The position numbers were made by a program, and so were the translations under genes. Positions 60,954 through 64,000 of a stretch of 64,000 nucleotides of DNA are shown one piece after another. Position 1 is the stretch's first letter. Every line of letters starts with the position of its first letter. The notes below the pieces were generated by a model, which saw only the letters and a list, made by a program, of their open reading frames with translations, was not told the DNA's origin and ran no database searches. Origin of the DNA: Roseibacillus sp. (lineage in GTDB: Bacteria; Verrucomicrobiota; Verrucomicrobiia; Verrucomicrobiales; Akkermansiaceae). Where the stretch lies: NCBI GenBank assembly GCA_051251855.1, contig JBPOGI010000008.1, forward strand, positions 1-64,000, written 5' to 3'.

Positions 60954-62168
60954 TTATTGCACCGGTTCCTCAGCGGTTTCGGCATAGACTGCTACCGTTG
61001 CGCTAACAATCCGCTCCCAGTCAAACACCTTCTGCGCATAGTCAAAACCTTGATTGGCCAATCGCTGCGCCAGCTCGGAGTCATCAAGAATGCGTAAGAT
61101 TGCCGCAATCAATGCCTCTTCGTTCTTTTCGGGAACAAGGAGACCTGTCTCCTCATCTTTAATAACATCAACGATCCCGCCTACCCCTGAAGCCACCACT
61201 GGTTTGCGGTGTCGCAAGGCCTCAATGAGCACAACCCCCAAACCCTCGGTATCGCCACGATCGTCAAAAATGGCTGGGTGCACATAGCAGGTGCACGTAT
61301 GATAGAGCTCAGCCAAGCGCTCACTACTCACGAACCCCGCCCACTCAACCACTTCGTCGAGGCCGAGTTCCGTCGTCAACTTCATCCACTCCTCCTTGCA
61401 GTCCCCTTCTCCCGTGATGACCACTTTAACCTTCCTCTTCTCAAGAATCTTAGGCAGAGCCTGCAGCAGAACATGTAGTCCCTTCCGTTGGATCAAACGC
61501 CCACAATTGAGAAGCATCGGAGGATCTGAGACAGGATACTCTTCCCCGACCTCCGCCGATTCAACAGTAGCGCCATAGGGCAAAATATGGATAGGCCGGT
61601 CGCAGAGTTTACGAACCTCGTTCGCGGTATGAGAACTGTTCGCACAAAGGGCATCACCTGACTCGAGAAGAAGCGCCAACGCTTTGCGAACTCCTCCGCT
61701 ATTTCTAGCCAAAGCCAATTCAGCTCCGTGACAAGTCATCACCACGCGCGTGCCAAAAATCTTAGCTGGCAACCAACTCATGAAACCGTGAGGAAAGGGC
61801 CAATGCACATGCAACACGTCGAATTTCTTTTTCCAAGTCCACCAAAAGACAGCCAACACCCCACAAGCGATGTAACTGAGAGCAAAAACCTTAAAGAGAG
61901 GCGAACCCTGCTTATTCGGAGCCCCCTCATCATGCGTGAGAGTCTCCCATTTCTTCGGAGCATAGCGCCACCGCAGAACCGGAACTCCGTCGATTTCATG
62001 ACTCGCAAGAGCACACCACGAAGGAGCCAGCACCGTGACCTCGTGACCAGCGGCCGCGGTACGATTGACAATCTCCCGCTGCCAAGGGACGCCTGGGTCC
62101 TCATGATTCCGGGGATAAGTCGATCCTAGCACTGCGATACGCAGCTTCTTTGAAATTGAACTTTCCAT
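60954..62168 (-). CDS. Glycosyltransferase family 4
   Basis: HVHWPFPHG, GRLIQRKG, EGLGVVLIEA and PVVASGVGG motifs. Confidence 0.93.
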   Translation of the reverse strand: MESSISKKLRIAVLGSTYPRNHEDPGVPWQREIVNRTAAAGHEVTVLAPSWCALASHEIDGVPVLRWRYAPKKWETLTHDEGAPNKQGSPLFKVFALSYIACGVLAVFWWTWKKKFDVLHVHWPFPHGFMSWLPAKIFGTRVVMTCHGAELALARNSGGVRKALALLLESGDALCANSSHTANEVRKLCDRPIHILPYGATVESAEVGEEYPVSDPPMLLNCGRLIQRKGLHVLLQALPKILEKRKVKVVITGEGDCKEEWMKLTTELGLDEVVEWAGFVSSERLAELYHTCTCYVHPAIFDDRGDTEGLGVVLIEALRHRKPVVASGVGGIVDVIKDEETGLLVPEKNEEALIAAILRILDDSELAQRLANQGFDYAQKVFDWERIVSATVAVYAETAEEPVQ

Positions 62169-62186
62169 TTCCAGGTGGGTGTTAGG

Positions 62187-63620
62187 CTAACTCACCTTTG
62201 CATCTAATACTGGACGCAGCGCGCGGCTGGCGGTAATCGCCCGCCCCAGAGTCGCCACCAGTTCGTCCTTTTGAATCGGCTTGGAGAGGAAATCGAAAGC
62301 TCCCGACTTAATTGCCTCAGCTCCATCCTTCGCTTGATCCGAGCCCGATAGAACAACCACTTGCGCATAAGGAGCAAGTGCCTTGAGCTTAGGAAGAGCC
62401 TCCAGCCCCGAAAGGCCTGGAAGATAGATATCAAGTAAGACGGCATCGAATTCAGAGTTAATGGCCGCCATCGCCGCCTCAGCGGTATCAACGGCAACGA
62501 CTTCCCAGCCTTCTTTCCCGAGCATCAGTGTGCTCAAGCGACGTAAAGTGGAGTCATCATCGGCAACAAGAATCTTAGCTTTTTGCTCTGCACCACCATC
62601 AGATGCAGCACCGAGAGAAGTAATGGAAGTTACCTTCTCGCTCACTTCGGAGCTCATGGGCTCGATTCGATCAACGATTGGAAGAGGATGCTCCTTGGAG
62701 TAATGACGATTGGTCATCATCTCGGCGAGAAAGCCTATCATGACGAGGACTGGAGCCGCAAAAAGAGCTGCTGGCGCTGCCGCCAAGAGCCCCGAGCGAA
62801 GACCACCGGGAAAGAAAGGAAGAAGAGCTAACAGCCACAAGAAGACTGCCGTCATTGCACACAGAACCGCAACTCCTCCCATAAGGTGAAGAGGGCGCTC
62901 TCGAAAATTCTTGATGAAGTGCACGGACCACATATCCATGAATCCCCTTACGAAACGCTTCACCCCATACTTTGAAACCCCGTGGAGTCGAGGATGGTGC
63001 TCAACAACAATCTCAGTCGTGCGATACCCTTCAATCGAAGCAAGCGAAGGAACCATGCGATGCATCTCACCATACATAGGCAGAGATTTCACTACCTCAA
63101 GGCGGTAGCATTTAAATCCACAGTTGTGGTCATGCAACTTTACCCCGTTCACTTTACTGAGCATTAAGTTAAAGACACGGCTTGGCAGGACCTTGTGCCA
63201 AGGGTCATGCCGTTTCTCTTTGTAACCCGAAACCACATCCCACCCTTCGCCTTCCTTGAGCTTATCCAAGAAACGAGGAATCTCTTTAGGATCATCTTGA
63301 AGGTCGGCATCCAAAGTGAAGACAATCTCACCCGAAACCTCAGCATATCCAGCGGCAAGAGCCGGGGCTTTTCCTTGGTTACTACGAAAGCGTATCGCTC
63401 GCACGTGGTCCGCATCCCGCTCGGCTAACCCCTGCACGACCTCCCATGAAGAATCCGTGCTCCCATCATCAATAAAAATGATTTCCCAGTCGCGAGACAA
63501 CTCATTCGCCTGCACCGCGATCCGGTCATAGAGTTCTTGCAGAGACTCTTCTTCATTCATCAACGGAATGATAAAACTAAGAGTCGGCTTTTGGCTTTGA
63601 TTGGGGGTTGAAGAGGACAT
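62187..63620 (-). CDS. GT2 polyprenol-phosphate glycosyltransferase (ArnC/GtrB-like) fused to a C-terminal receiver domain
   Basis: DDGSTD, LDADLQDDP, NCGFKCY, two TM segments, then KILVADDD...LLDIYLPG...LSG...FLSKP. Confidence 0.9.
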   Translation of the reverse strand: MSSSTPNQSQKPTLSFIIPLMNEEESLQELYDRIAVQANELSRDWEIIFIDDGSTDSSWEVVQGLAERDADHVRAIRFRSNQGKAPALAAGYAEVSGEIVFTLDADLQDDPKEIPRFLDKLKEGEGWDVVSGYKEKRHDPWHKVLPSRVFNLMLSKVNGVKLHDHNCGFKCYRLEVVKSLPMYGEMHRMVPSLASIEGYRTTEIVVEHHPRLHGVSKYGVKRFVRGFMDMWSVHFIKNFRERPLHLMGGVAVLCAMTAVFLWLLALLPFFPGGLRSGLLAAAPAALFAAPVLVMIGFLAEMMTNRHYSKEHPLPIVDRIEPMSSEVSEKVTSITSLGAASDGGAEQKAKILVADDDSTLRRLSTLMLGKEGWEVVAVDTAEAAMAAINSEFDAVLLDIYLPGLSGLEALPKLKALAPYAQVVVLSGSDQAKDGAEAIKSGAFDFLSKPIQKDELVATLGRAITASRALRPVLDAKVS

Positions 63621-63779
63621 TATTTGCGATGGGTGACAAACATTGATAGTAAATAATGACAAACTAATCAACAGCAAAGTTTGACAACCTTTGAACACTA
63701 TCTGTTCAAAATTAAACCCGATTAGAGCTAACCTACTGAAAATCAGCACAGAAGTTCACCTCCTCTCTTTTCCCATTTC

Positions 63780-64000
63780 TCACTCCCTCAGAAAGGTTTG
63801 CCCCCAAGATAGAGGCCCCTTTCTCCTCGATTCATGACAAAAGCAGCTCTCAATTAAAGCATTATTGAGTCGATGAGATTGCTTCCAAAGAGATGTTTGC
63901 TTAGATCCCGCCATGGCCCATCGCGATACTCCAGCCACCTTTCCGATTCCTAAGGACAAAATTCTTATCGAAAAGAGCAAAGCGATTGCCAGTTCACCAC
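63780..64000 (-). CDS. Possible 3' end of a gene entering from the window edge
   Basis: Frame is open to the edge; no recognisable motif. Confidence 0.25.
   Translation of the reverse strand, partial: GELAIALLFSIRILSLGIGKVAGVSRWAMAGSKQTSLWKQSHRLNNALIESCFCHESRRKGPLSWGQTFLRE

Overview
Bacterial chromosomal window. It is most likely Verrucomicrobiota (PVC superphylum), inferred from a LysM gene between murD and ftsW and from CotH/LTD, BspA-LRR and choice-of-anchor-Q surface proteins. Content from left to right: the 3' end of a Cys/Lys/Glu tandem-repeat peptide, an SDR, prfC, a MerR-like regulator, arsR-acr3, an NtrC-type regulator, xseB-dxs and ugd. Next is a minus-strand dcw cluster (mraZ-rsmH-ftsL-ftsI-murE-murF-mraY-murD-LysM-ftsW-[816-aa antisense gene]-murG). 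Then MFS, nagZ, acnB, a CotH protein, glutaredoxin, a TolC/MacAB-type exporter, beta-carbonic anhydrase, a sulfatase, a metallophosphoesterase with a TPR partner, an SSS symporter flanked by two LRR genes, and a GT2-receiver/GT4/LPG-synthase-like cluster. The most striking unexplained feature is a ~640-nt array between mraZ and rsmH (27961-28599). It has four 31-nt direct repeats, each followed by a sequence-divergent but stem-conserved unit carrying an invariant TGCCTTGCC motif, and the last unit overlaps the rsmH start region. It is a candidate undescribed structured-RNA array. Also notable: two surface-protein genes are each followed by a decayed copy of the upstream gene's 3' end, and a GT2 is fused to a response-regulator receiver domain. 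All family assignments are by eye from motifs; no searches were run.
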